A stretch of DNA of 64,000 nucleotides from Candidatus Sumerlaeaceae bacterium (GTDB taxonomy: Bacteria; Sumerlaeota; Sumerlaeia; Sumerlaeales; Sumerlaeaceae). Positions 9,315 through 19,684 of this stretch are shown in pieces. The position numbers were made by a program, and so were the translations under genes. The number at the start of each line of letters is the position of its first letter. Position 1 is the stretch's first letter. The DNA lies in assembly GCA_051003195.1 (NCBI GenBank), contig JBPCLP010000033.1, forward strand, positions 1-64,000. The letters are read 5' to 3'. The notes under the pieces are model-generated. The model was given only the letters and a program-made list of their open reading frames with translations. It ran no database searches and was not told where the DNA came from.

Positions 9315-10631
9315 TCATGCCGGACGGGGTTTGCTAAAGTCCGGGACGTCCATAGGCTTGCCTCCTGCGGCGACCGATTCAGCAGAAAGAGGCCTGACGA
9401 CTGTCCAGGTCGCCGCGTCGACCACGTCGATAGGGCTCTTCTTCGTACGGATTGCATCCAGGAAGTCTGTGACTACGAAGAAATCGCCACCGCCGTGTCC
9501 GGCTTTCTGCGCCTCGGTTCCGCGATCGCGCCAGTAAGGGTGTTTGAACTCGTTCTCATACGCGGCCAATTCCTGCCATCCGTGTTCCTGCTCTGCGAAC
9601 TTTTCAGGATCAACACCTTCCGGAGAGCGTCCCTCAAAATAGACCTTATGCTGCCCAAAGCTGGAGAGGTACGAACCCGTGGTACCCTGCAATGAGTATT
9701 GTCCGTTGCCGCCGGGGCGAGGTGAGCTGGTATCGTAATGGATACGTATCATGCGCCCCTTTTCCGTACGAATGAGCACCTGGCTGACATCGCCGCTCAG
9801 GATCTTTGTTTTGGCGGCAACGCTGTCGGGCCCGAATTTCCTGGCAGCCCATTGCTGTGGCGCAGCCGATTTGCTGTCCATAGCGACGAGAGTGGTCAGG
9901 CGGTCTTTCTTATTTATTTCCATCCACTGACACACCGGGCCCATTGCATGCGTGGGGTAAACGTTGCCCGCCTTTTCGGCGACTCCCTTACCACGCCACG
10001 TCAGCGCGCTGCCGTCTTTCGTGTACTTCAGACTGCGCACTTCATGGATGTAGCTGCCCTCGCCGTACGTGAGGTCGCCGAACAGCCCCGCCTGCACGAT
10101 GCTGAGCACCTGCATGACAGGCTTGGAGTAGCAGTAGTTTTCCAGCAGCATATAGGTAGCGCCGGTTTTCTTCTGTGTTTCAACGAGCTCCCAGCATTCG
10201 TCGAGTGTAACGCACGCCGGCACTTCGCTTCCCACGGCCTTGCCGGCGTTCATGGATGCGACGGCTACAGGCGCATGAAATTCAGGAGGAGTAGCCACCA
10301 GCACTGCATCGATGTCGTCTCGAACAACCATCCGTTTGAAGTCTTCGGGCCCTTTGGAGAAGCCTTCCGGCTTTTTACCGAGCGCTTTTTCCACAATGGC
10401 GAGCGCGGCATTGAGGTGATTTTCATCGATATCACAGATCGCCGGGACTTCGACCTCGGGATGTAGCAGCATTTGCTTTAGCAAACCCGTGCCGCGTGAG
10501 CCCACCCCGACAAAGCCGATTCGAATTTTTTTGCCTTCTTCGGCGGCGAAAGCCGCATAGCGCCCCAGCGCGAAAGTAGCACCCCCTGCTGCAGCAAGGC
10601 GCAGGAACTGGCGACGGTCGATAGATTCCAT
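9315..10631 (-). CDS. Tat-exported GH109-type NAD-dependent glycosidase (Gfo/Idh/MocA fold, alpha-N-acetylgalactosaminidase-like)
   Basis: DRRQFL twin-arginine; GFVGVGSRG; MLLENYCY; YPTHAMGP; GHGGGD. Confidence 0.85.
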   Translation of the reverse strand: MESIDRRQFLRLAAAGGATFALGRYAAFAAEEGKKIRIGFVGVGSRGTGLLKQMLLHPEVEVPAICDIDENHLNAALAIVEKALGKKPEGFSKGPEDFKRMVVRDDIDAVLVATPPEFHAPVAVASMNAGKAVGSEVPACVTLDECWELVETQKKTGATYMLLENYCYSKPVMQVLSIVQAGLFGDLTYGEGSYIHEVRSLKYTKDGSALTWRGKGVAEKAGNVYPTHAMGPVCQWMEINKKDRLTTLVAMDSKSAAPQQWAARKFGPDSVAAKTKILSGDVSQVLIRTEKGRMIRIHYDTSSPRPGGNGQYSLQGTTGSYLSSFGQHKVYFEGRSPEGVDPEKFAEQEHGWQELAAYENEFKHPYWRDRGTEAQKAGHGGGDFFVVTDFLDAIRTKKSPIDVVDAATWTVVRPLSAESVAAGGKPMDVPDFSKPRPA

Positions 10632-10783
10632 GTCTGGTGTCCTTTGTTACTGATGTAATTTTTGAAATAGAGGCGATGTGGCATTGCAACTGAATCGGGG
10701 CGTTGAGCAGCAAGATTTCAGACAAGAGAGACTGGATTAGGTTGTAGGGTAACGAAACAATTCGACGTAAAGCAGGAGAAGGC

Positions 10784-11389
10784 GTGAAACCTCATGGTAT
10801 GAAGGGCTCGCGGGACCGCTACTCGGCGCGGCGACGAGCAAAGGCGCTTCAATCACTATGTGCGGTGCCGCAGCCCACAGCACCTGGATTAGATCCTGCC
10901 CTGTTGGCCGAGCTGGAGCTGAAGTTGCAGGGTTCCGTGCAGGAGGGTGTGCAGCAGCGGGAGGCACTCGCCCGGCAGCGAGCAGAATTTGACAATTTCC
11001 GCCGCAGGACGATGAAGGAAAAAGAACAGATACGCGATGCCGCGCGCGAGGATGTAATAGCCAAAATTCTGCCGGTGCTCGATAATTTCGAGCGGGCGCT
11101 TGCGTCCACCGAGAGTGCGACAGATGCAAAGCCGATCCGCGACGGCATTACCATGGTTTCGGGTCAGTTGATGCGGCTACTGGAAGCGGAAGGATTGAAG
11201 CCGATCGAGACGATGAATGCGCCTTTTGATCCGAATGAACACGAAGCCCTCGCGACTGAGGAGCGAACGGATGTGGAAGAGAACCACGTTTGCGAGGAAA
11301 TGCTGCGGGGCTACCGCTTTAAGGAAAAGGTGATCCGCGCGGCCATGGTGAAGGTGGCGAAAGCACCGGCGGAAAAGGCGCAGGCATAG
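10784..11389 (+). CDS. grpE: Nucleotide exchange factor GrpE
   Basis: RAEFDNFRRR, ILPVLDNFERAL, FDPNEHEA, GYRFKEKVIRAAMVKV; AGGAG RBS. Confidence 0.95.
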   Translation: MKPHGMKGSRDRYSARRRAKALQSLCAVPQPTAPGLDPALLAELELKLQGSVQEGVQQREALARQRAEFDNFRRRTMKEKEQIRDAAREDVIAKILPVLDNFERALASTESATDAKPIRDGITMVSGQLMRLLEAEGLKPIETMNAPFDPNEHEALATEERTDVEENHVCEEMLRGYRFKEKVIRAAMVKVAKAPAEKAQA

Positions 11390-11553
11390 CAGTCAACCGC
11401 GTAACCACAGCTGCGCCATTTCCAGAGCAACTGGAGAGGTGCACACGGAAGTTGTTGCTTTGTGGTTTGAGGCGGGTCAGCGTTCGCGGCGAATTTTGGA
11501 AGCTCCTTACCCCCGTTGAACGAGTTTTGACCATGCAGAGAGGGATGCCTGAA

Positions 11554-12591
11554 ATGTATCGATTGATCGCAGTTGTAGCACTGTTGGTGCCGAGCCTGGC
11601 AATGGCTGCGCTGGATACGCGCGGCGGAACAAATTCTCCCGAGGCCGCGACTGGCGGTGGGTTTTTCGGTAGGATGCTAAACACACGTCGACCTGCAGCC
11701 GACCCGCGGCAGATAGCGCAATTCGGACCTCCAAGGCAAACCGGCACGGTGCAGGTACCCCAGCAGCAGCAGCAAGTGCAGGGGGCTAATCCGCAGTTAG
11801 CGCCCGGCCCCGGTGCGGGTTCACAGCCGGCAGCGCAGCCCGGTGAAACGCCAGTGCGTCAGCGTGCGACGCCAGCGGCAACTCCGCGGCGCCCGCGTAA
11901 AACTCCTGACACCGCTTCGGAGCCCGACGAAAAAGCGGACGAAACATCATCCAAAAAGCCGGCGTCTGACAGTGGTGACCTCGACCAGATGGTGAAGAAA
12001 CTCGAGAAGGACAAAGCCAAGGCGAATGAACTGGAGAATGAGCTGACGAAGTCGGCTGATGAAGCCACGACAATTGTGGCAGGATTTCTTCGCAGCGCCA
12101 ATGACGGCGTTTACTCGAAAGCAGCCGGCTATCTGGCGCCGGAGCTGCAGAAGTATTTTGAAAGTGAAATGAGCGCGGTGAACGGTGGAATCAAGACGGT
12201 GCTGGATGAATTGACCCGCAATGGCGACATTCGTTCGGTGACGTACGCAAATGCGACCGTGCGCGGAGAAGGTGCTGTCGTAGATGCCGAGCTAACATTT
12301 GGATCCGGCGGCCCGGAGAAAAAAATGTTCGACCTGCTTAAGACGAAGACAGGGTGGAAGATAGTACTTCCAGTGAACCGTCGTTCTCAAACTTCTGCCG
12401 CGCCAGCCGACCGCTCGCGTCCCAGTGCGGTAGTCTTTACGCCTCCAGCCGTGCAGAACACACCCGCCTCCGATCCTAATAATAACATGCCCAGCGCGTC
12501 GTCCACGCCTACGCCACCCCCGTCCCCTGCTGCTACTGGTACGCCTGCGCCGAGCGACCCCAGCACTACAAGCGGCGCCGCGCCAAAGTAG
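11554..12591 (+). CDS. Exported hypothetical protein, DUF4878/NTF2-like core with low-complexity flanks
   Basis: Signal peptide MYRLIAVVALLVPSLAMAA; FDLLKTKTGWKIV end motif. Start uncertain (11533-11554). Confidence 0.6.
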   Translation: MYRLIAVVALLVPSLAMAALDTRGGTNSPEAATGGGFFGRMLNTRRPAADPRQIAQFGPPRQTGTVQVPQQQQQVQGANPQLAPGPGAGSQPAAQPGETPVRQRATPAATPRRPRKTPDTASEPDEKADETSSKKPASDSGDLDQMVKKLEKDKAKANELENELTKSADEATTIVAGFLRSANDGVYSKAAGYLAPELQKYFESEMSAVNGGIKTVLDELTRNGDIRSVTYANATVRGEGAVVDAELTFGSGGPEKKMFDLLKTKTGWKIVLPVNRRSQTSAAPADRSRPSAVVFTPPAVQNTPASDPNNNMPSASSTPTPPPSPAATGTPAPSDPSTTSGAAPK

Positions 12592-12717
12592 CGAATTTCA
12601 GGGACGGCACACCCGGTGTTCGGCTAAGCAAATCTTCGAATTTTTACAAGCGCCGTCTGAAACGGCGGCGCCTGTTCTGTTGTTGCCCGTGCGTTTTAAT
12701 GCTCCCATGCACACGTC

Positions 12718-14268
12718 ATGAAGATCGCAACTGCCGACCAGATGCGTGCTGTTGACGAGCGGACGATCGGCGAGTTTGGAATCTCGGCGGATGCGCTGAT
12801 GCTGGAAGCGGGTCGTGCAGTAGCCGCGGCAATTCGCAGTCGGTTTGCGCCGGCACGGGTCGCAATTGTTTGCGGCAAAGGAAACAACGCAGGTGACGGG
12901 TTTGTGGTTGCTCATGAACTGTGCTGCGATGGCGTGGAAGTAGACGTGTTGTGCATGGAGTCAGCCGAATCCTATCAAGGCGCAGCGTGCCGCACACTTG
13001 CCCGTCTGACTGGCACCCAGGTCCGGGTGCAGCCACTTGAACAGGAAAGTACCGCCGATGTCCTGTCGCAGTGCGAGCTTGTGGTTGATGCGCTGCTTGG
13101 AACCGGAATACATGGACCGCTGCTTGAAAGATATGCGTCGGCCGCTCAAGCCATCAACCATTCACGGCGCCCAGTTGTGTGCATCGATATTGCGTCGGGC
13201 CTCGGCGAGTTTTCAATCAAGCCGGACGCGATCGTCGTAAAAGGCACGCTGACGGTTGCCATCGGCTTGCCAAAGTTATCGCAGTTCAGTCGTCCTGGCA
13301 TTGAGTCGAGCGGCGAGCTGCTAGTCGCCCCGATCCAATTCCCGCACGAACTGCTGCAAAACGATGAGCTGCAACTGAACTGGGCTCGGGTTGACGAGTT
13401 ACGGGGGTGGTTGCCGAAACGCGCAATCGATTCTAACAAGGGAACCTTTGGCAGTGTGGGAGTGGTTGCGGGTTCTGCGCAGTTTGCGGGTGCGGCGATA
13501 CTGCTGGCTCGCGCCGCTCTGCGTGCCGGATGCGGGCTAGTGACCATTTTCTGCCCGGCGGAGCTTAATGCCATTTACAAAGTGGCGCTACCCGAAGCGA
13601 CAACATGGATTGTGCCATCGAAGGACGGGCAGTCCCTGGATTCCTCAAGCGCGGAAAGTATTCTGGAGAAGGCAAAGCAGCTATCAGTGCTCGCAATGGG
13701 CCCCGGCCTGGGCACCGGGGATGAACAGCGGGAATTGCTGATTCGGGTTCTTGGCAATTGTTCAAAACCCGTGATCCTGGATGCGGATGCCATCACGTTA
13801 GTTGCAGCGCATGAAGAGTTGCGGGGGTTGTTGAAGCGATTACCCGATTGTGTGCTGACTCCACACCCCGGCGAGATGGGGCGTTTAATTTCAAAGGGCG
13901 CCGCTGAAGTGCAGATAGACCGCGTGGCAGCGGTCGATGAAGCCACGAAGCAACTGGGTATCGCGGTGCTGCTGAAGGGAGCGGGGACGCTACTTGGTCG
14001 ACCGGATGGACAAAAATGGATCGTGCGAGGCGGAACGTCGGCGCTGGCAAAAGGCGGTACGGGCGATGTGCTGAGCGGGGTGATTGCGTCTCTTGTGGCG
14101 CAGGGAATGCCGTGCTGGCAGGCGTTAGTCGCGGCTGCGACAGCTCACGTGGAAGCTGGTGTTGTGTGTGCTGAAAAGTCCGGCGAAAGGGGAGTGCTTG
14201 CCGGCGAGGTGGCGGACGAAATTCCCCGTGTTTTTGCCAGCTGGAACAGCACCGTCAGCGATTTTTAA
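12718..14268 (+). CDS. nnr: Bifunctional NAD(P)H-hydrate epimerase/dehydratase
   Basis: CGKGNNAGDG, DALLGTG, SNKGTFG, LTPHPGEM, LAKGGTGDVLSG. Confidence 0.95.
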   Translation: MKIATADQMRAVDERTIGEFGISADALMLEAGRAVAAAIRSRFAPARVAIVCGKGNNAGDGFVVAHELCCDGVEVDVLCMESAESYQGAACRTLARLTGTQVRVQPLEQESTADVLSQCELVVDALLGTGIHGPLLERYASAAQAINHSRRPVVCIDIASGLGEFSIKPDAIVVKGTLTVAIGLPKLSQFSRPGIESSGELLVAPIQFPHELLQNDELQLNWARVDELRGWLPKRAIDSNKGTFGSVGVVAGSAQFAGAAILLARAALRAGCGLVTIFCPAELNAIYKVALPEATTWIVPSKDGQSLDSSSAESILEKAKQLSVLAMGPGLGTGDEQRELLIRVLGNCSKPVILDADAITLVAAHEELRGLLKRLPDCVLTPHPGEMGRLISKGAAEVQIDRVAAVDEATKQLGIAVLLKGAGTLLGRPDGQKWIVRGGTSALAKGGTGDVLSGVIASLVAQGMPCWQALVAAATAHVEAGVVCAEKSGERGVLAGEVADEIPRVFASWNSTVSDF

Positions 14269-14371
14269 CACACGCCATTACCATTGATAATGGACAGCAT
14301 CTCACCGCGGCGAGTGCAGCTTGTTAGTTTTTCGAAGTGGCAAAGTTTTTGACGAATGAAGGAAACGCAAA

Positions 14372-15385
14372 GTGGCGATAGTTAAACCAGCGAAACTGGA
14401 ACGTGGAATGACCGTGGGTGTGATTGCGCCTTCGGGCTCGATCCGCAACCTGGAGCCACTGGAGCGCGGGATCGCGAACCTGAAATCGATGGGCTTTTCA
14501 GTGCACGAGGGTAAGTTTCTGCGTTCGCGGTACGGGTTCCTGGCCGGGCATGACGATGACCGCCTGGCGGACTTGCACCGAATGTTCGAGAATCGAAAAG
14601 TGGATGCCATTTTCTGCGCGCGCGGCGGATATGGGACATCCCGGCTCGCGGGTGGGATCAACTACGAGCTGGTACGACGTAATCCCAAGATTTTCGTGGG
14701 GTTCAGCGACATTACTTATCTCAGCCTGGCATTCATGAAAATGTGCAAACTGGTAACATTCAACGGGCCCATGGTGAACTTCATATTTGGCGATGCAGAG
14801 CCACGCAGCTTCCCTGTCGAGGGACTTCAGCGCACGATTTGCGAAGCGCGACCCGCAGGTTCCATCTGGCACGGACATGAGGATCGTAACTATAGAGTTG
14901 TCCGACATGGCGCTGCGCGAGGCCGGCTCACCGGCGGCAATCTCAGCCTGCTAGCGGCAAGTATCGGCACAGCCTATGAAATTGATACGCGCGGCAAGAT
15001 CGTGTTCCTGGAAGAAATCGAGGAGCAGCCTTATCGTATCGATCGAATGCTCACACAAATGATCTCCGCGGGCAAATTGAGTAACGCTGCCGGAATTGTA
15101 ATTGGACGCAATATTCCGCATGCCGAGTCGCTGGCCATCGAGCAGGCCGCAGCGGCACGTGGACTGCTGAAGACGATGCCCGCGCCGAAACGCCGGGTTG
15201 CCAACGATTACGACCAGACGATGGATGACATCTTTAATGAACGGCTGCGCGGTTTAGGGGTGCCGGTAATCAGTGGACTGCCGTTCGGCCACATCAAAGA
15301 TCTCGCGACACTGCCAGTCGGAATCATGGCGAGCATGGATTCGAAATCGGGCGATCTAACTATTGAAGAGGCAGCGGTGAAGTAG
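14372..15385 (+). CDS. ldcA: LD-carboxypeptidase (peptidase S66)
   Basis: ARGGYG, GFSDIT, GGNLSL, FLEEIEE, PFGH. Confidence 0.92.
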   Translation: MAIVKPAKLERGMTVGVIAPSGSIRNLEPLERGIANLKSMGFSVHEGKFLRSRYGFLAGHDDDRLADLHRMFENRKVDAIFCARGGYGTSRLAGGINYELVRRNPKIFVGFSDITYLSLAFMKMCKLVTFNGPMVNFIFGDAEPRSFPVEGLQRTICEARPAGSIWHGHEDRNYRVVRHGAARGRLTGGNLSLLAASIGTAYEIDTRGKIVFLEEIEEQPYRIDRMLTQMISAGKLSNAAGIVIGRNIPHAESLAIEQAAAARGLLKTMPAPKRRVANDYDQTMDDIFNERLRGLGVPVISGLPFGHIKDLATLPVGIMASMDSKSGDLTIEEAAVK

Positions 15386-15389
15386 CAAG

Positions 15390-16400
15390 TCAGTAGCTTC
15401 GGTCCGCTACGTAGTCGCTGAGCTGCACGAAAAATTCCGCGGCTCGGCTGGGCTCGAGAAACTGCAGGTGGGATTTGGCGGCATCGGCGTAGTTTCGTGC
15501 TTCGGCCAGCGCCGTCTCAACCCCTTCGTATTTTCGGACGTGCCACATGATCTCGGCCGGCTCGCGACCATTGTTCCAGCAGGCCAGCAGAGCCTCACGG
15601 TCAGTCTTAGACGCGGTCTCGAAAGTATGGATGAGGGGCAGGGTTTGCTTGCCGTTACGGATGTCGGTCCCGTGCTGCTTACCGAGGTCGCTGTCTTCCG
15701 CAACAAAGTCGAGCGCATCGTCTGAAATCTGGAATGCCATTCCGAAGTTCAGTCCGAATTTAGTAAGTTCCAGTGTTTCCTCTTCGCCCTTGTTTGCGAG
15801 GACTGCACCCAGACCGGTGCACGCGGAAAAAAGAAACGCCGTCTTGCTTCGGATGACGCGCAGGTAATCCATTCGGCTGAGAATTGCGTCGCGTTTTTGG
15901 ATCTGGAACATTTCGCCCTCGCACATGCGGGTGGTGACCTGGCAGATCGTACTGAGGACCAGCGGGCTAACCACCTGCATTGCCAGGGTAAACGCGCGGG
16001 CATATAAAAAATCGGCAACGAGAATGGCAACATCGTCACCCCAGCGGGCATTCACGGTTGGGCGTCCACGGCGAAGCGGTGCCTTATCTATGACGTCGTC
16101 GTGAAGCAGCGTGGCGGTGTGCACCATCTCAATAGCGGCTGCCACTTTAGCGTCGTCCGTACCTTTATAGCCGCAAGCACTACTGGCCAGCAGAACAAGC
16201 ATTGGCCGAAGGCGTTTACCCTGCCCGGCGCGGACGTAACGGCCGACTTCGCAGATCAGTTCGGTTTCGCTATCGAGAACTGAGTCGAACAGCGATTCGA
16301 CCCCGGCCATCTCATGCGCGAGATAGCCGGCAATCTCTTCAATCAGCTCGCCGGACTTCGTTACAGTTTTCACAAACTCCGCTCCATCGGTTTGAAACAT
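15390..16400 (-). CDS. Polyprenyl diphosphate synthase (IspB-like)
   Basis: GKRLRP, LLHDDVID, RRGRPT, FQISDDALD. Start is 16400 (ATG) or 16373 (GTG). Confidence 0.92.
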   Translation of the reverse strand: MFQTDGAEFVKTVTKSGELIEEIAGYLAHEMAGVESLFDSVLDSETELICEVGRYVRAGQGKRLRPMLVLLASSACGYKGTDDAKVAAAIEMVHTATLLHDDVIDKAPLRRGRPTVNARWGDDVAILVADFLYARAFTLAMQVVSPLVLSTICQVTTRMCEGEMFQIQKRDAILSRMDYLRVIRSKTAFLFSACTGLGAVLANKGEEETLELTKFGLNFGMAFQISDDALDFVAEDSDLGKQHGTDIRNGKQTLPLIHTFETASKTDREALLACWNNGREPAEIMWHVRKYEGVETALAEARNYADAAKSHLQFLEPSRAAEFFVQLSDYVADRSY

Positions 16401-16459
16401 CCCGATTACAAAGAGCAGTATCTGTAACAGGCAACCGGATTCACTCTGGAAGCGTAAAA

Positions 16460-17212
16460 TCAGCCGGATGAAGTGGGGAAACGCAGCCCGGCGGAGAATT
16501 GTGGACTGATTTGCCAATGGAGCGAGCCTCCCATCAGGCTCATTAGCTTTTCACACGCCGACAAACTATAGCGGCTTTCATAAATCTTACGTACACCCAG
16601 GCGCCCTTTCAGCGAGGCGGGCGCAGGACGTTTAATGGCACTTTCCGTGTCGTGCGGCTGGCACTCCAGGTCGACCCGCAGTTCTGCCCGGCCGTGCGAT
16701 GAGTCCATGGAAATCTTTACGGTTCCATGCCGATTGCAATAAGCACCCGCTTCTTCCAGTACTCGCAGTAGAACCTGTTGGCTCTTTTCGTCATCGATAA
16801 CAATCTGCGGCTGCGAGTTCTCACCAATTTCGACGTGGATATCTTTGTGACGAAAAACATCGGCTACTTTTGCCGAAGCTTCTGAAACCAGCAGATGTAA
16901 ACTGGTCGGCAGCAGTCGCAGCGTGAGCGTACCCTTGTAAATGGCAGCGATTTCTGCTGCATCATCCAGTATGCGCAGTGACTTTGCATTTGCTTCCTGG
17001 ATCATGGCAAGACTCTGGCGCTGGCTGTCATTAATGTCTGCCGCGTTGAGGAGCAGAATCTCGCAGAATATGCCGATCGCACCCAGGGGAGAACGCAGGT
17101 CGTGGTTAATAGCCGAAAAAAGTTCCTCGCGCAGTTTGCGCTCAGCCAGCTCTTCTTCGTTCAGGCAAGGCATGGAAAACTCAAGGATTCTACCTTCCGT
17201 GGCGGCTGCCAT
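16460..17212 (-). CDS. Sensor-less HisKA protein with degenerate ATPase domain
   Basis: H-box INHDLRSPLGAI is intact. N-box reads VLEEAGAY, and no DxGxG or GxGLGL is present. Confidence 0.75.
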   Translation of the reverse strand: MAAATEGRILEFSMPCLNEEELAERKLREELFSAINHDLRSPLGAIGIFCEILLLNAADINDSQRQSLAMIQEANAKSLRILDDAAEIAAIYKGTLTLRLLPTSLHLLVSEASAKVADVFRHKDIHVEIGENSQPQIVIDDEKSQQVLLRVLEEAGAYCNRHGTVKISMDSSHGRAELRVDLECQPHDTESAIKRPAPASLKGRLGVRKIYESRYSLSACEKLMSLMGGSLHWQISPQFSAGLRFPTSSG

Positions 17213-17407
17213 ATTCTAATGACCCAGCATCTATGGAAGAAGATTGCGAGTGCCTTAGAGCAAAAGGTGGGCCGACAAGGATTATCTGATTATTGCTTCG
17301 CGCATATCGTTTGAGCACTGGAGATTGTGGTCATCTATATGCCTGACATTGTCTCAAATTACCTGCATTGAAGTATCTATGGTAGAATTTGCAATTGGCT
17401 CGGTTCG

Positions 17408-18829
17408 ATGAGTACGGTTCCGGCACTGGCTGGCCCTGCCTGTCCTGATGAGGCGCAGACGCGCGAACTGCGCTCAATACTCGGACGCCGTGTGTGGCAC
17501 CTGGCCATACCCGCCATCGGCGAGAATCTGCTCGCGACTCTGCTGTTGCTGGTGGATACGCTTATGATTGCGCCGTTCGGCAAGGTGCCGCTGGCAGCCT
17601 CGGCGGTGGCCGGTATACTGGCGTGGCGAACATTCATGACTTTTGGATGCATCGAAAAAGGTACAACGGCCCTGGTGGCGCGCAACACTGGTGCCGGTGA
17701 CCTGGAGAAAGTCGCCGTCGTTGTGGCGCAGAGCATCTGGCTCGCGCTCGGAATTGGGCTTTTAATGGGCTGTCTCGGTTGGTTTCTAAGCGAGAGGCTC
17801 CTAATATGGATCGGCGCGGCGCCCGATGTAGTCGCAGTGGGTACCCCATTTCTGCAGGTTATTCTGTTAGCCTCCGTCCCGCGCATGTTCTTCTTTGTGG
17901 CGAGCGCCAGCCTTCGCGGCGCGGGTGATACACGCAGCCCGATGTGGGTGACGCTTTGCATGAATTTCACGAATATCGCATTTAACTACCCGCTTATTTT
18001 CGGGTTAAACGCAATACCTTCGATTGGATTCCCTGGCCTGCGTCCGTTGGGTCTGACGGGCTCTGGAATATCGACGGCCATGTCCATTACGTTAGCGTCG
18101 TGCGCAATCGGCTGGATTCTTTACCACGGTCGATCGAAGTTCCAGGTCCGTCGCAGGCACTTCCGGTTCAACTGGCCGGTCATTAAAAGCATCTGGCGTA
18201 TTGGGATGCCATCGCTTTTCGAAGAATTCATTATTACAATCGGGTTTCTGATGTTCTTTTCTTTTATTACACAAATGGGAACGGTGGCGCTGGCGGCCCA
18301 CTCCATTGCAACGCGTGTGGAGTCGCTGAGTTTCATGGCTGGGCTTGGATTCACGGTCGCCGCCGCAACCCTTGTTGGACAGTCGCTTGGCCAGAAAAAC
18401 GTTCCGCTCGCGAGGCTCTCCTTTCGCATCTCGACCCGGTATTGTGTGATGCTGATGTCGCTGATCTCCGTCTTGCTTATCGTGTTCAGTGCAGACATCG
18501 TGCACGTGTTTGCGCCGGGTGGTGGTGATCCGCTCGTGGAAAAGATTGCGGCCACATTGCTATGCATTGCAGCAATTGAGCAGCCGCTGCTGGGAGTTGC
18601 GATGACGCTGGGCGGAGGACTGCGCGGCGCGGGTGATACGGTGCGGCCGATGTTCACCTCGCTCGCGGGCAGTCTCATTGTGCGAATCACGGCTTGTTAC
18701 ATTCTGACCTTCCCGCTCGGCATGGGCATCTACGGAATTTATGTGGGTACATTTGTCGACTGGGCCGTCCGTTCGTTAATGATGCTCTATTTTTTCCGCC
18801 GGGAGCGGTGGGCGAAGCTCACTGTGTGA
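17408..18829 (+). CDS. MATE family efflux transporter
   Basis: Duplicated LRGAGDT motifs, TLVGQSLG, about 12 TM segments. Confidence 0.93.
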   Translation: MSTVPALAGPACPDEAQTRELRSILGRRVWHLAIPAIGENLLATLLLLVDTLMIAPFGKVPLAASAVAGILAWRTFMTFGCIEKGTTALVARNTGAGDLEKVAVVVAQSIWLALGIGLLMGCLGWFLSERLLIWIGAAPDVVAVGTPFLQVILLASVPRMFFFVASASLRGAGDTRSPMWVTLCMNFTNIAFNYPLIFGLNAIPSIGFPGLRPLGLTGSGISTAMSITLASCAIGWILYHGRSKFQVRRRHFRFNWPVIKSIWRIGMPSLFEEFIITIGFLMFFSFITQMGTVALAAHSIATRVESLSFMAGLGFTVAAATLVGQSLGQKNVPLARLSFRISTRYCVMLMSLISVLLIVFSADIVHVFAPGGGDPLVEKIAATLLCIAAIEQPLLGVAMTLGGGLRGAGDTVRPMFTSLAGSLIVRITACYILTFPLGMGIYGIYVGTFVDWAVRSLMMLYFFRRERWAKLTV

Positions 18830-18837
18830 CCAATCCT

Positions 18838-19386
18838 TCAGAAATCAATGCCCGCCCGCGCGGACAGTTTGTGATCGTACCAGTAGTGTTTTATAAGTTT
18901 CATCTCCGTGACGAGGTCCGCAGCCGCGAGCAGTTCAGGGAATGCGCCGCGGCCAGTAAGGATGAGTTCGCAGCGCGGTGAAGCTTTGAATTCGCCGACG
19001 AGTGCCATCAGGTCGGACTCGGCGTAGAGCCTGGTCCCGACGCAGGTGATGGCTTCGTCACAGATCACCATTTGATAGTTCTCATCGCGGATGAGTTCGC
19101 CCGCTTTTCGCAGACCGTTGCGTGCCTGCTCAAAATCGCCATCGCTGTTGGCAAACCGGAATTTTCCATCGGGCATCATTCGCTCAAGGCCGAAGAAGAA
19201 CAGATCGAGATTCGGTTGCTGGCGAAGGATGAACCGCTCGTGGTAATGCTCGTTGTTGCCTTCGAAGCCCTTATCGAATTGAAGAAAGGCGACGCGCATT
19301 CCAGCACCAAGGGCACGCACTGCCAGGCCAACGGCGCAGGTCGTTTTCCCTTTTCCATCGCCGGTATAGATATGCAGGTAGGCCAT
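18838..19386 (-). CDS. cobO: Cob(I)yrinic acid a,c-diamide adenosyltransferase (CobA/CobO/BtuR)
   Basis: YTGDGKGKTT, ELILTGR, ADLVTEM, ARAGIDF. Confidence 0.9.
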   Translation of the reverse strand: MAYLHIYTGDGKGKTTCAVGLAVRALGAGMRVAFLQFDKGFEGNNEHYHERFILRQQPNLDLFFFGLERMMPDGKFRFANSDGDFEQARNGLRKAGELIRDENYQMVICDEAITCVGTRLYAESDLMALVGEFKASPRCELILTGRGAFPELLAAADLVTEMKLIKHYWYDHKLSARAGIDF

Positions 19387-19451
19387 AGGTGCCTGCTAAG
19401 TCGGCTGTCCGCTGACTTAAGGAGTCAAGCGGCGCGGCGCTCATTAGGCGG

Positions 19452-19580
19452 GAGCGGTTGTGAGGCCCGGAATGGGCACTCGCTAACGCTCGCGGTACAG
19501 ATCCGAGCGGTTGTGGGGCCGCCCGAGCAGTACAGAGCCGGAGCGCAGGGGCACTCGCTGACGCTCGCGGTGCAGATCCG
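19452..19580. repeat. REP-like direct repeats
   Basis: GGGCACTCGCT(A/G)ACGCTCGCGGT(A/G)CAGATCCG at 19474-19505 and 19549-19580; GAGCGGTTGTG at 19452 and 19505. Confidence 0.75.
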
Positions 19581-19684
19581 GCAATACGAATTCGGGATGG
19601 AGCAATGCAAATTCTTGATTTTGCCGGATTTCGGTTGGATTGTCGCAGCTGGATGTATGATGACGGGGGAAGGATAATGCGCGC

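Noticed and set aside
10632..10783. CIRCE element before the stand-alone grpE
   Set aside because: No TTAGCACTC-N9-GAGTGCTAA. Dispersed grpE and trpA genes are common and not notable.
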